Assembly (NCBI GenBank): GCA_020048155.1
Contig: JAIFMY010000061.1
Coordinates: 1 to 60,984 of the forward strand
From: Bacteroidota bacterium
GTDB taxonomy: Bacteria > Bacteroidota > Bacteroidia > Bacteroidales > DYOH01
DNA: 60,984 nucleotides
Direction of reading: 5' to 3'
The notes under the pieces were generated by a model, which was not told the origin of the DNA, searched no databases, and worked only from the letters and a program-made list of their open reading frames with translations. Shown here in pieces: positions 39,267-48,449 of the stretch (position 1 is the first letter of the stretch; each line of letters starts with the position of its first letter). The position numbers and the translations under genes were made by a program.

Positions 39267-40082
39267 TTAATCGGCAATTACAACCCTAAAACCGTAATAC
39301 CAATTGGCAGTAGATGGCCGTGGGCCATCGCGGGTAGTGAGCTCAGCCATATCCGATACAAAATACCAAGCGCCCCCTCGGATTACTTTGAACTGCCCTT
39401 CGGTAGGGCCTTTCGGATTTTTAGAAGCACTTTTTCCATAATATTTCATATCGTAAAAGTCTAAACACCATTCACTGGCATTTCCACTCATATCATAAAT
39501 ACCCAATTCGTTGGGCTTTAATGTGCCTACTTTTCTTAAACCCGATTCAGAGGTAGATTCATCAAACCAAGCGACGTCGAATGGGTTGTTGCTCCCCGAA
39601 TAAGAATATCCTTTGGACTTATCACCGCCACGAGCAGCATATTCCCACTCAGCTTCAGATGGCAATCTGTATTTGCGGCCGGTATAATCAGACAGCCACT
39701 TGCAGTATTCCATAGCATCATTCCATGAAACATTTACGACAGGAAAATCGTCTTTCCAAACCCATTTTTCAACGTTGTCATGTTCATAATACCAATCCTC
39801 ACCTGTACGAGGGTCTGGTGTACTAGGCGGTGCTGCCGGAAAAGGACGTTCGGTATCTTCGCAGAACATTCTGTATTGTGCAACAGTAACTTCAAATTTA
39901 CTAATATAAAAATCGCTCAGAGTAACTTTATGAGCTGGCTTTTCATCCATATCCCCGTTTGGGTTGCCCATAGTAAAGGAGCCACCCTCTACAAAAATCA
40001 TTTCGGGTTCTCTGGACTGCTGAGCACCAGCAGTGTAAAAATATAGCATACCCAATACTAGTAAAATCCCCCTGATATTCAT
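39267..40082 (-). CDS. Secreted FGE-sulfatase (SUMF1/GldK-fold) domain protein, non-catalytic type
   Basis: GGSFTMG, FEVTVAQY, PVVNVSWNDA, RLPSEAEWEYAARGG, NELGIYDMSGNASEW, VIRGGAW, YGFRV; signal peptide from ATG 40082. Confidence 0.9.
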   Translation of the reverse strand: MNIRGILLVLGMLYFYTAGAQQSREPEMIFVEGGSFTMGNPNGDMDEKPAHKVTLSDFYISKFEVTVAQYRMFCEDTERPFPAAPPSTPDPRTGEDWYYEHDNVEKWVWKDDFPVVNVSWNDAMEYCKWLSDYTGRKYRLPSEAEWEYAARGGDKSKGYSYSGSNNPFDVAWFDESTSESGLRKVGTLKPNELGIYDMSGNASEWCLDFYDMKYYGKSASKNPKGPTEGQFKVIRGGAWYFVSDMAELTTRDGPRPSTANWYYGFRVVIAD

Positions 40083-40125
40083 ATAAGAAAAAAATTTTAA
40101 TTGCCAGTAGCTGAAGTACAATATT

Positions 40126-41118
40126 CTATTTACTTCTTACAATTCTGAAGCCGTAAGTATAATTGGTATAAGTTACCTCAGGGCCATCGCGTACCACCGA
40201 ACGAGCAAGTTTTGGCATATAATACCAGCCCCCGCCTCTTATCACTTTATACAAACTTCTGGACGGACCAATGGGGTTTGTGTTATTTTTGTTTGTGGCA
40301 TAAAAATCTTTTTGATAAAAATCAAAACACCATTCCCAAGCGTTTCCGCTCATATCGAATAGTCCCAATTCGTTAGGAGTCAAACTTCCAACCATTTGAG
40401 GGCCTTTTCCATAGGTAGTTTCATCTGTCCAAGCTACTTCCGAGGGATTGTTGCTTCCTGCAAAAATAACGCCTGTAGCTTTTTTACCACCGCGTGCGGC
40501 ATATTCCCATTCTGCTTCGGTAGGCAAACGATATCCGCGAACCAAGGTTACGTCTGTAGTTTCATTGCCATTGGCATCAACCATTACTACCACTTCTTCA
40601 AAGATATTGTCGCCTAAATCCACTTTCTTAAATTTGTAAGCAACAGGGAGCCTGTTTTTTTCGCTTAACCAATTGCAATAAGAAATGGCATCTCGCCATA
40701 CTACTCCAGTAATAGGATTGCTGGCAGCCCATTGCCATTTATCCACACCCGGATATTCATCATACCAGGTTTTTGTGCGCATCTGGCCTGTTTTGGGGTC
40801 TTCTATTTCATGGTCGTAGGTAATATCATCAGGATTTATCGGCATTTTAATCCCAAATTTGTTAGACTGGGTAAACTCCATATAAAGAGCAACAGTCACT
40901 TCAAACTTAGCGATGTAAAAATCGGATACTTTCACTTTGTGCGGAGGCAATTCATCATTCAGGTCTTCGTCTTTACCCACCCATTCCGGAGCTGAATAGT
41001 CGCGCCCCATGGTATAAGTTCCGCCTTCCACCAAAACCATATTTGCTTCAGTCTGAGCCATTAAAACGAATGTAAAAAGTACATTTATGAATAAGGCCAA
41101 TACTATTTTTCTCTTCAT
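40126..41118 (-). CDS. Secreted FGE-sulfatase (SUMF1/GldK-fold) domain protein, tandem paralog
   Basis: GGTYTMG, FEVTVALY, YCNWLS, RLPTEAEWEYAARGG, NELGLFDMSGNAWEW, VIRGGGW, YGFRI; signal peptide. Confidence 0.9.
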   Translation of the reverse strand: MKRKIVLALFINVLFTFVLMAQTEANMVLVEGGTYTMGRDYSAPEWVGKDEDLNDELPPHKVKVSDFYIAKFEVTVALYMEFTQSNKFGIKMPINPDDITYDHEIEDPKTGQMRTKTWYDEYPGVDKWQWAASNPITGVVWRDAISYCNWLSEKNRLPVAYKFKKVDLGDNIFEEVVVMVDANGNETTDVTLVRGYRLPTEAEWEYAARGGKKATGVIFAGSNNPSEVAWTDETTYGKGPQMVGSLTPNELGLFDMSGNAWEWCFDFYQKDFYATNKNNTNPIGPSRSLYKVIRGGGWYYMPKLARSVVRDGPEVTYTNYTYGFRIVRSK

Positions 41119-41241
41119 ATGTATAAATTCTAATTATAATTTTTCACTTCCCTAAGGTGCATAAATACACCAAACTTAATATTTTATGGCAAATACTAGC
41201 CCAAAATTAAAACTATTTTTGTGAAAAAGATAGATTAAATG

Positions 41242-41595
41242 TTATTTTTTACGCAATACGAAAGTTTTGCTTAGTACAAACGATGTCTCGTTGCCAGCTG
41301 CAGCTGACGAAAATTCTTCAATTTGGTAGCCGTTTTTTTCTTGTTCCTTTAGTTTCTGTGCAAGCACCAATGCATTGGATGCATGATTTTTAGAATTGAA
41401 TTCACCCAATGGAAATTCTTGTTGCGTACCATCTGACGAGGTAATGAGCAATTGTCCGGGTATACCTATTGGCTCTATGGTTTGCAAGATTATTACTTCA
41501 GATTCCTTGGCCTGAGTATCGTGTGTAAAACCATAAACACCAATCAATAAAACACTTATAAACAGAATAAAAATGAAAGCATTTATTTTTTTCAT
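41242..41595 (-). CDS. Small exported hypothetical protein
   Basis: N-terminal hydrophobic signal/anchor followed by a ~90-aa soluble domain; same strand as its neighbours. Confidence 0.7.
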   Translation of the reverse strand: MKKINAFIFILFISVLLIGVYGFTHDTQAKESEVIILQTIEPIGIPGQLLITSSDGTQQEFPLGEFNSKNHASNALVLAQKLKEQEKNGYQIEEFSSAAAGNETSFVLSKTFVLRKK

Positions 41596-41636
41596 GTCAT
41601 TATTGGATTATGTTATTTCTAAAACGTTTAAAAACA

Positions 41637-43544
41637 TTATTCAGTACTTATTATCAAAATTTCGGTTCTTCTGTTGCGTGCTTTCCCTTCAGAAGAAGTA
41701 TTGGAATCAATTGGCTTTGCGGAACCATACCCCTTATATGTAAGCCTGGCAGCTGAAATACCATACGTCTGAAGATATTGAACAACAGATTTGGCCCGGT
41801 TTTCAGAAAGTACAGCATTGCTAGCAGCATTTCCAGTATTATCTGTATGGCCAGATATTTCGATACTCACCCCTGGATTGAGCTCCATAAAACTAACTAA
41901 AGTATTGAGCGAAGCATAACTTTCGGACTTTAATTCAAACTTATCAGTATCAAAATATAACGCTGGAATAACATATTGCTGGTTCTTAGTAATTTTAGAA
42001 AGCATGTGTAGATGTAATACTGTAGAATGCAGTGTATCAGGCACTACAAGTTTCTGATAGGGCATGTACCCCACTGAAAGTATGCTCAGCAAATACAGGC
42101 TATCGTTGGCACCATAAAAATCGAATTTCCCGGTTGCATTCCGGTTCACGGTGGTGAATGTATTGGAGCTATCTTCTATGCTTACAAGTGAAACCAAAGC
42201 ATAAACAGGCTTTTCGGTATTTTTATCTAAAGCCAAGCCTATGTATTTGAAAGCCAATTTGGGACGAACATGGATAGGCAAATCGAACGAGTAAATGTCG
42301 ATTCCACCGAATCCCTCGGCACGACTAGATGCAAAGTATGCCGTATGCGCATCACCTGCTATCACAATTCCTGTTTCCGATGAAGCCGTATTTATGGGAT
42401 ATCCAATATTTACAGGAGTTTTCCAGTTGCTGTAACCATTTTTCATTTGGGTGAAAAAAATATCTTTTTGCCCCATGCCCGGCCATCCGTCTGAAGAAAA
42501 GTAAAGCGTTTTCCCATCGGCATGCATGAAAGGATACATCTCGTCGGCACTGGTATTAATAGAATCACCCAAATTGGCCGGTGAAGTCCATTTTCCATCT
42601 TCATCAAGTGCAGAAGTCCAAATATCCATTCCACCTTTGCCACCTGGCCTGTTGCTTACAAAAAATATGCGTTTACCATCTGCAGTGAGCGCCGGATGCG
42701 AATCCCAATATACAGAATTCACCATATTTCCCATATTGCCACCTCTCGCCCACAATGTATCTCGTCTGTAAGCCCAGTACAAATCGCACCTTCCAAGACC
42801 GTCACTTCTGTTGCATGCAGCATATACTATGAAATCGCCACTTGCATTGAGTGCCGGCGATCCTTCGTTTCCTTCTGTATTCAATGTATAGCCCATGTTT
42901 TTTGCAGAAATCCATTCATTTTCACTTTTTACCGATGTATAAAAGTCTTCCATCTTGGCATCTGCAACTTGAGCACGCGAAAAAATAATGAGATTTTGAT
43001 CGAAATCTACTACAGGCGAATACTCATCCTGTAGAGTATTAATCATTTTCCCCAAGTTCTTAGGTTCAAACGGAACAGGATTTTTAACGGCATGATTTGC
43101 AAATATGCAACTTTTCATCTTATACTTGGCCTTTTCAGCCAGCGCAGCCGACTTGTCGAATTCCGATTGCAGATACCCATCGAACCAGCGCATGGCCTCT
43201 GCATAGTTGCCATCCAGATAATACGAATCAGCAATATAGTACATCACCTCAAAAAATATTCGTGGATTGCACTGATAGCCTTTTTTGTAAAAAATAATGG
43301 CACTTTTCAAATCCTGTTTCTCGCGATATATTTCAGCTTTCAGCAACCATGCTTCAGCAAAAGCACTATCTATCTTCAACGCTTTATCCAGCAATATCTT
43401 AGCAGTTTCACCGTCGTTTCGTTCCAACGCCAGATACGCTTCGGTATACATCCTAGCTGCTTTATCAGATTTTGTATAAAGCTTTTGACTATAAGCAACC
43501 TGATAAGCTAAAAGCACTAGGAAGAAGAGTAAAATATTTTTCAT
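41637..43544 (-). CDS. PorE-like OmpA-family protein (TPR + PD40 propeller + carboxypeptidase-regulatory-like + OmpA C domain)
   Basis: TPR helices, PKNLGKMINT, PD40 repeats (FFVSNRPGGKGGMDIW; YPFMHADGKTLYFSSDG), OmpA LYFDTDK...GHTDNTG...LSENRAKSV...NRRTE. Confidence 0.9.
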   Translation of the reverse strand: MKNILLFFLVLLAYQVAYSQKLYTKSDKAARMYTEAYLALERNDGETAKILLDKALKIDSAFAEAWLLKAEIYREKQDLKSAIIFYKKGYQCNPRIFFEVMYYIADSYYLDGNYAEAMRWFDGYLQSEFDKSAALAEKAKYKMKSCIFANHAVKNPVPFEPKNLGKMINTLQDEYSPVVDFDQNLIIFSRAQVADAKMEDFYTSVKSENEWISAKNMGYTLNTEGNEGSPALNASGDFIVYAACNRSDGLGRCDLYWAYRRDTLWARGGNMGNMVNSVYWDSHPALTADGKRIFFVSNRPGGKGGMDIWTSALDEDGKWTSPANLGDSINTSADEMYPFMHADGKTLYFSSDGWPGMGQKDIFFTQMKNGYSNWKTPVNIGYPINTASSETGIVIAGDAHTAYFASSRAEGFGGIDIYSFDLPIHVRPKLAFKYIGLALDKNTEKPVYALVSLVSIEDSSNTFTTVNRNATGKFDFYGANDSLYLLSILSVGYMPYQKLVVPDTLHSTVLHLHMLSKITKNQQYVIPALYFDTDKFELKSESYASLNTLVSFMELNPGVSIEISGHTDNTGNAASNAVLSENRAKSVVQYLQTYGISAARLTYKGYGSAKPIDSNTSSEGKARNRRTEILIISTE

Positions 43545-43650
43545 GAAAAATTTCAGGATATTATAAAAATGCGGAAATACCACTATCATATACCAGCAAG
43601 CCATGCTGAATACTTATAACGCAATTTAGCAATAAATTTTTATGAACGAA

Positions 43651-44277
43651 TCAGGGAATGCGCATAAATTTATGAGCCTGCAACGAAACTTTCCATTTTG
43701 TGTTTTTCTTCACATACTCAATTATAAGTGGTAAAATAATTTTATGCTGGCTCCACTCAGGTTGCAAGTACAATTTGCAATCGGGGTGAATCTTGGATGC
43801 GTTAGCTTCTGCCCATTCAAAATCAGACGGTTCAGAAATAATCATTTTTAGCTCGTGGCATCTGTTGTATATTTCCAAGTCGAAAGGCGGACTGTTTTTT
43901 TTGGGAGAAAGGCAAATCCAGTCCCAAGCACCAGTTACAGTGTATGCACCCGAAGTTTCAATATTGGTTTGTATCCCCCTGGCATGTGCCCGAGTAGTTA
44001 TGTAGTCGAGCGGGTACATGCTGGGCTCGCCCCCTGTAACCACTATGGTGGGCGCTTGGTAAGATTCCACCCTATCCAGTATTTCATCTATCGGAGTAAG
44101 CGGATGCAGCTCGCGGTTCCACGAAAGCTTAGTATCGCACCAGCGACATCCGATATCACAACCGCCAATACGAATAAAATATGCAGCACTTCCTGTAAAA
44201 AAGCCTTCCCCTTGCAATGTATAAAATTCTTCCATGAGCGGCAGAATGGCGCCATTTTTAAAAATATCTTCTTCCAT
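43651..44277 (-). CDS. queE: 7-carboxy-7-deazaguanine synthase (radical SAM)
   Basis: FYTLQGEG, CDIGCRWC, VTGGEP, IETSG, LSPKK, LQPEW, SLQAHK. Confidence 0.95.
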   Translation of the reverse strand: MEEDIFKNGAILPLMEEFYTLQGEGFFTGSAAYFIRIGGCDIGCRWCDTKLSWNRELHPLTPIDEILDRVESYQAPTIVVTGGEPSMYPLDYITTRAHARGIQTNIETSGAYTVTGAWDWICLSPKKNSPPFDLEIYNRCHELKMIISEPSDFEWAEANASKIHPDCKLYLQPEWSQHKIILPLIIEYVKKNTKWKVSLQAHKFMRIP

Positions 44278-44312
44278 TATTTTTTTCAAGAAAATTTGTT
44301 GAATGTAGGTTG

Positions 44313-44332
44313 CAAAATTATAGCTATCTTTG
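44313..44332. promoter_or_regulatory. Back-to-back -7 boxes for queE (minus) and thpR (plus)
   Basis: CAAAATTA (44313-20, TAATTTTG on minus) and TATCTTTG (44325-32), 4 nt apart. Confidence 0.55.
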
Positions 44333-44352
44333 ACATTCGAATATCATATAAG

Positions 44353-44913
44353 ATGGAAAAACGAGTATTTATAGCATTTGATATAAAAAATACCTCAGAA
44401 ATATTCACACGAATAGAAAGTCTGAGAAATGATTTGCCCCAAAACAACATAAAGTGGGTTCCAGCAGAGAATTACCATATAACATTGAAATTTTTGGGCG
44501 ATTTGCACGTGAAAAAAATTGAAGCAGTACAACAGTCACTGCATCGCATCAGTAAATTTCAGAGCCCCTTCGATGTTAAAGTTTCGGGCATAGGAGCATT
44601 TCGCAATTGGTCGCGCCCTGAAGTAGTATGGCTAGGAATTTCTACCCCAAGACCGCATACCAAGTTGCACGCCGATTTAGATAAGGAATTTGAATTTGTA
44701 GGAGTTGCACCCGATAAGCATTTGTACAAGCCACACCTTACATTGGCTCGTATCCGAAATTCGGAAGGGTTGACAGATATAAGAGAGCCTGCACGAAAAC
44801 ATTTCTCATCGCTCGAACTCATAGAAACGGTTTCGGAAATAGTACTGTACGATAGCCTTATAACTCCACAAGGTCCCAAGTATACCGCTATTGAAAGGTA
44901 CAATTTTACGTAA
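44353..44913 (+). CDS. thpR: RNA 2',3'-cyclic phosphodiesterase (2H phosphoesterase)
   Basis: MEKRVFIA start, two HxT motifs (YHITLKF, PHLTLAR). The track ORF from 43855 is an antisense extension over queE. Confidence 0.92.
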   Translation: MEKRVFIAFDIKNTSEIFTRIESLRNDLPQNNIKWVPAENYHITLKFLGDLHVKKIEAVQQSLHRISKFQSPFDVKVSGIGAFRNWSRPEVVWLGISTPRPHTKLHADLDKEFEFVGVAPDKHLYKPHLTLARIRNSEGLTDIREPARKHFSSLELIETVSEIVLYDSLITPQGPKYTAIERYNFT

Positions 44914-44984
44914 TTGTTTTGCAAAATTTTTGCATAGTTTCAATGCTACGCACCCTTTTAAAGCCTACCCTAAACCCGAAGTAT

Positions 44985-46828
44985 ATGAGAACTATCTACT
45001 CGCTTTTAGTATTTATGCTGTTGTATAGTGCACTCGCGGCACAAACCCCAGGAAAACCCGGCATACCAACAGGCATAAATGGACTTTGCCAAAAAAGTGG
45101 CTCAACTGATTATCAAACTATTGGTACCGAAAATGCAACATCTTACCAATGGCAATTATTTCCAGAAAACGCTGGCAGTATTGCAGGCAGTGCCAAGAGT
45201 TCAAGAATAAGCTGGAATCCGGAATTCTACGGCGAAGCTAAAGTCTGTGTGAAAGGGATAAATAATAATGTTAGCGGCGAAACTTCAGATACTTTATATA
45301 TTACTATTCACGCTTTGCCTTCGGGCCCCGGCCAGATAAGTGGGAATTCCCGAATATGCAAAGGAATGCAAGAGGATGTGTATCTTATTGAACCCACTGA
45401 AAATACGGATTCCTACACATGGCATATTTCCCCTTCGTATGCAGGTACTGCCATAGCAAACAATACAAAACTTATTGTAAACTGGAATCCTGAATTCAGA
45501 GGACTTGCGCAAATATTTGTTTTTGGAAACAATATTTGTGGAGAAGGAGATCAGAGTCCAATCAAAAACATTGATATAGTTACTGTTCCCACAAAACCTT
45601 CGCCTGCATTAGGCCCGAATACTATTTGCCAAGGAAAAGATACCACAGTTTTTCTGACTACATCATCGCTATACGCTACGTCATACCATTGGATTGTAGT
45701 ACCTTCAAACGCTGCTGAAGTAACTACAGCAGATACAGCTGCCATTTTTACCTGGAATCCTGATTTTACAGATACCGCGCATATTCAGCTACAATCTGTC
45801 AATGAGTGTGGAACAAGCGAAGTCACGGATTGGCGCACTATAAAAGTAAGAACTATTCCTGCTTCGCCTTTGGTTAGTCCTGATATTCAAACACTTTGTC
45901 AAAATGAAAGCAGCAGTACATATAGTGCATCATTGGTGAAAGATGCTATGATTTATACTTGGACTATATTACCAGCTGAGGCAGGCACTATTGCCGGCGA
46001 ATTTAGTTTGGGGACGGTAGTTTGGAACGCTGCTTTTACAGGAAACGCATATATCAGTGTTTATGCTTCAAACAACTGTGGACAAGGCCCAAATAGCAAT
46101 ATTGCCGCTATAACACGTTTTTCACTTCCTAAGCAACCCACACCCCCATTTGGTGCCGACCACATTTGTGCCGGCGCCGAAAATGTGATTTACTCAACTT
46201 ATAAATCCGATTTCAGTAGCTCGTATACATGGAGCATATCCCCATTCAATGCGGGCACTATTACCAATACTGATACCACTGCCATTTTTAACATTGGCCG
46301 CGAATATGTTGGATTCGTTCGCACGAAAACCCAACTGCCATTTTTACAAATTCCGACAATGGTTTTACTTACAATTTTGTCAATACTAGTATTCCGGGGC
46401 TTCCGCACGAAAAGCTAACCTGGCGCTTTGGAGATGGTCAGACTTCTGCCGAACAGAACCCTGTGCACACATACACCACTAACGGAACATATAAAGTGCT
46501 TTTGCGCATAGATGCAGACTATTGTGAGAGTGACAGTACACAGAAAGACATAGTTATTACATACTATTCAGTGGAAAAAAATCAGATTGAAGGACTTACT
46601 TGGAGCGTTTCGCCGGGGAAATTACATATAAGTATGCCCTCGGCCATAGTAACCCCCACAGAATGGCAACTTACCACGCTTACAGGTGCAAGCATATTAT
46701 CACAAAAACTTGAGTATTTGGATTCAGAAACCGAACTCAACTTGCCTCATTTGCCTGATGGGGTTTATTTAGCAAGGCTTAGAAGCGGAAATCTGAGTAA
46801 TAGTTTTAAATTTGTTATCGAAAATTAA
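44985..46828 (+). pseudogene. T9SS cargo protein (five PKD-like Ig repeats + PKD domain + type A C-terminal sorting domain), frameshifted near 46322
   Basis: Signal peptide; four complete ~90-aa repeats (..C....Y.W...P..AG.......WN..F.G..........N.CG); fifth repeat breaks after GFVR. The -1 frame continues HENPTAIFT...WRFGDGQTSAEQNPVHTY...GTY (PKD), then LPDGVYLARL...KFVIEN (CTD). Confidence 0.82.
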
Positions 46829-46858
46829 GCTGAAATTTTAAACCTTACCCCAAAATTT

Positions 46859-47848
46859 ATGCTCAAATTTCTGATTATTCAGACAGCATTTATAGGCGAT
46901 GTGATATTAGCTACTGCACTTATTGAAAAGCTGAATGAAAACTTCCCTGATGCCAAAATCGATTTCTTGCTGCGGAAAGGAAATCAGGGTTTACTGCATA
47001 ATCATCCGCATATCAATAAATTAATCATCTTTGATAAATCGAAAGGGAAATACCAGAATTTGCTTACACTCATAAAGCTGATAAAGAACGAGGAGTATAA
47101 TTATGTAATCAATGCCCAGCGGTTCTTTACTACTGGAGTGATCACTGTTTTTTCAGGCGCCAAAAACACAATTGGTTTTGATAAGAATCCGCTTTCGCGT
47201 TTATTTACACAACGTAAGATTCATGCTTTGGGCAAAACGCACGAAATAGAGCGCAATCAAGCCCTCATAGCAGATCTAACCGACAAGGAGCCAGCATTGC
47301 CAAAACTTTACCCCAGTGTAGCCGATTTCGAAAAAATGCGCCCCAAGGCTCCATTCATTTGTATTGCTCCCACATCTGTATGGTTTACAAAGCAATACCC
47401 TACTGCTCGATGGATAAATCTAATTAATAATATTCCGCCAAAATATACTATCTATTTACTTGGCTCACTCGCAGACTGGAATACCTGCCAGACTATTGCA
47501 GCAGGCAGCAGGCACAAACAAATAGAAAATCTGAGTGGTCAGCTTAGCTTTTTACAATCGGCGGCACTTATGGCCGGAGCTGCCATGAATTACGTGAACG
47601 ACTCGGCCCCGCTGCATATTGCCAGTGCAATGAATGCCCCTGTTACTGCAATTTTTTGCAGCACAGTGCCCGAATTTGGTTTTACCCCCCTCAGCTCTAA
47701 GAGCTATATTGTACAAACCCGCGAAAAACTAAATTGCCGGCCATGTGGGTTACATGGTCACCGAAAATGTCCCAAACAACATTTTAAATGTGCAAATACT
47801 ATAGAAGTGGAAGATCTGCTTGCCCCGCTGCTTCATAATAAAACGTAA
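46859..47848 (+). CDS. Glycosyltransferase family 9 (heptosyltransferase-like)
   Basis: QTAFIGDVILAT, KQYP, NDSAPLHIASAMNAP, FCSTVPEFGF, CRPCGLHGHRKCP. Confidence 0.93.
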   Translation: MLKFLIIQTAFIGDVILATALIEKLNENFPDAKIDFLLRKGNQGLLHNHPHINKLIIFDKSKGKYQNLLTLIKLIKNEEYNYVINAQRFFTTGVITVFSGAKNTIGFDKNPLSRLFTQRKIHALGKTHEIERNQALIADLTDKEPALPKLYPSVADFEKMRPKAPFICIAPTSVWFTKQYPTARWINLINNIPPKYTIYLLGSLADWNTCQTIAAGSRHKQIENLSGQLSFLQSAALMAGAAMNYVNDSAPLHIASAMNAPVTAIFCSTVPEFGFTPLSSKSYIVQTREKLNCRPCGLHGHRKCPKQHFKCANTIEVEDLLAPLLHNKT

Positions 47849-47883
47849 ATGAGTTATGAGTTGTGAGTTATGAGTTATGAGTT
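47849..47883 (+). repeat. Heptamer tandem repeat (ATGAGTT)x5
   Basis: ATGAGTT ATGAGTT GTGAGTT ATGAGTT ATGAGTT starting immediately after the GT9 stop codon. Confidence 0.9.
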
Positions 47884-47906
47884 ATTAATAAATAAGAAAA
47901 TATTTC

Positions 47907-47934
47907 TCAATTATCCATTATCAATTATCAATTA
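47907..47934 (-). repeat. Heptamer tandem repeat (TAATTGA)x4 on the minus strand
   Basis: Plus strand TCAATTA TCCATTA TCAATTA TCAATTA; the first unit on the minus strand contains the yfiR stop codon. Confidence 0.85.
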
Positions 47935-48449
47935 ACCACATACCCTTTTTGCATCAGTGCATCGGCCATTTTCAGGTTATGAAATGCCAATTGTTTTTTA
48001 TTCACTTCAAATTTCAGGTTGTCGTTTTCGAGGGCAACAAAGTTAATGCACGCACCTTTTTTGGCCAATCCGCCACGCTCTGCCACTATAAGTATTGGGC
48101 TATCTTTTACTTTGTCCAATATACTTTTAAGTTCTCTGCTTTTGGATGCCGGTATGTAAACAATCTGAAAATCTGCTAAATCAGCCATATTGCTTATTTG
48201 TTCAACTTGTATATGTTGACCTGAAGGTGTTTTCTTAAGGGTAGCCATTATTTGTAATTCCCCCATGATTGGAGATGACCCATATACAGCAATGCGAAAA
48301 AAATCTTGTTTTAAAACTTGAGCAGGCCACGTAATATTTTTAGTAAACAGATATATATACAGCGATTGTGATTTATAATTTACATCTTGGGTTAAGGCTT
48401 CCAAAATAGAAATACACATAAATATAAATAAGAGTATACCTTTCCTCAT
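47928..48449 (-). CDS. YfiR/DUF4154 family periplasmic protein
   Basis: Signal peptide; YIYLFTKNITWP, IAVYG, IVYIP, PILIVAE, INFV...KFEVN; ATGA overlap with the TonB receptor gene. Confidence 0.85.
   Translation of the reverse strand: MRKGILLFIFMCISILEALTQDVNYKSQSLYIYLFTKNITWPAQVLKQDFFRIAVYGSSPIMGELQIMATLKKTPSGQHIQVEQISNMADLADFQIVYIPASKSRELKSILDKVKDSPILIVAERGGLAKKGACINFVALENDNLKFEVNKKQLAFHNLKMADALMQKGYVVN

Noticed and set aside
39267-41118. Diversity-generating retroelement targeting the FGE/CLec-fold pair
   Set aside because: No reverse transcriptase, Avd or template repeat in the window; the two 3' ends differ at all base types rather than only at adenines.
43855-44352. 352-aa ORF overlapping queE on the opposite strand
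   Set aside because: Homology to ThpR begins at MEKRVF (44353), which has its own -7 box; the upstream part is an antisense shadow.
46280-46345. Programmed -1 ribosomal frameshift restoring the T9SS protein
   Set aside because: No canonical X XXY YYZ slippery heptamer in the window where both frames are open, and a shift could not supply the ~22 missing residues.
47849-47934. CRISPR array
   Set aside because: Units are contiguous 7-mers without spacers, and no cas genes are present.
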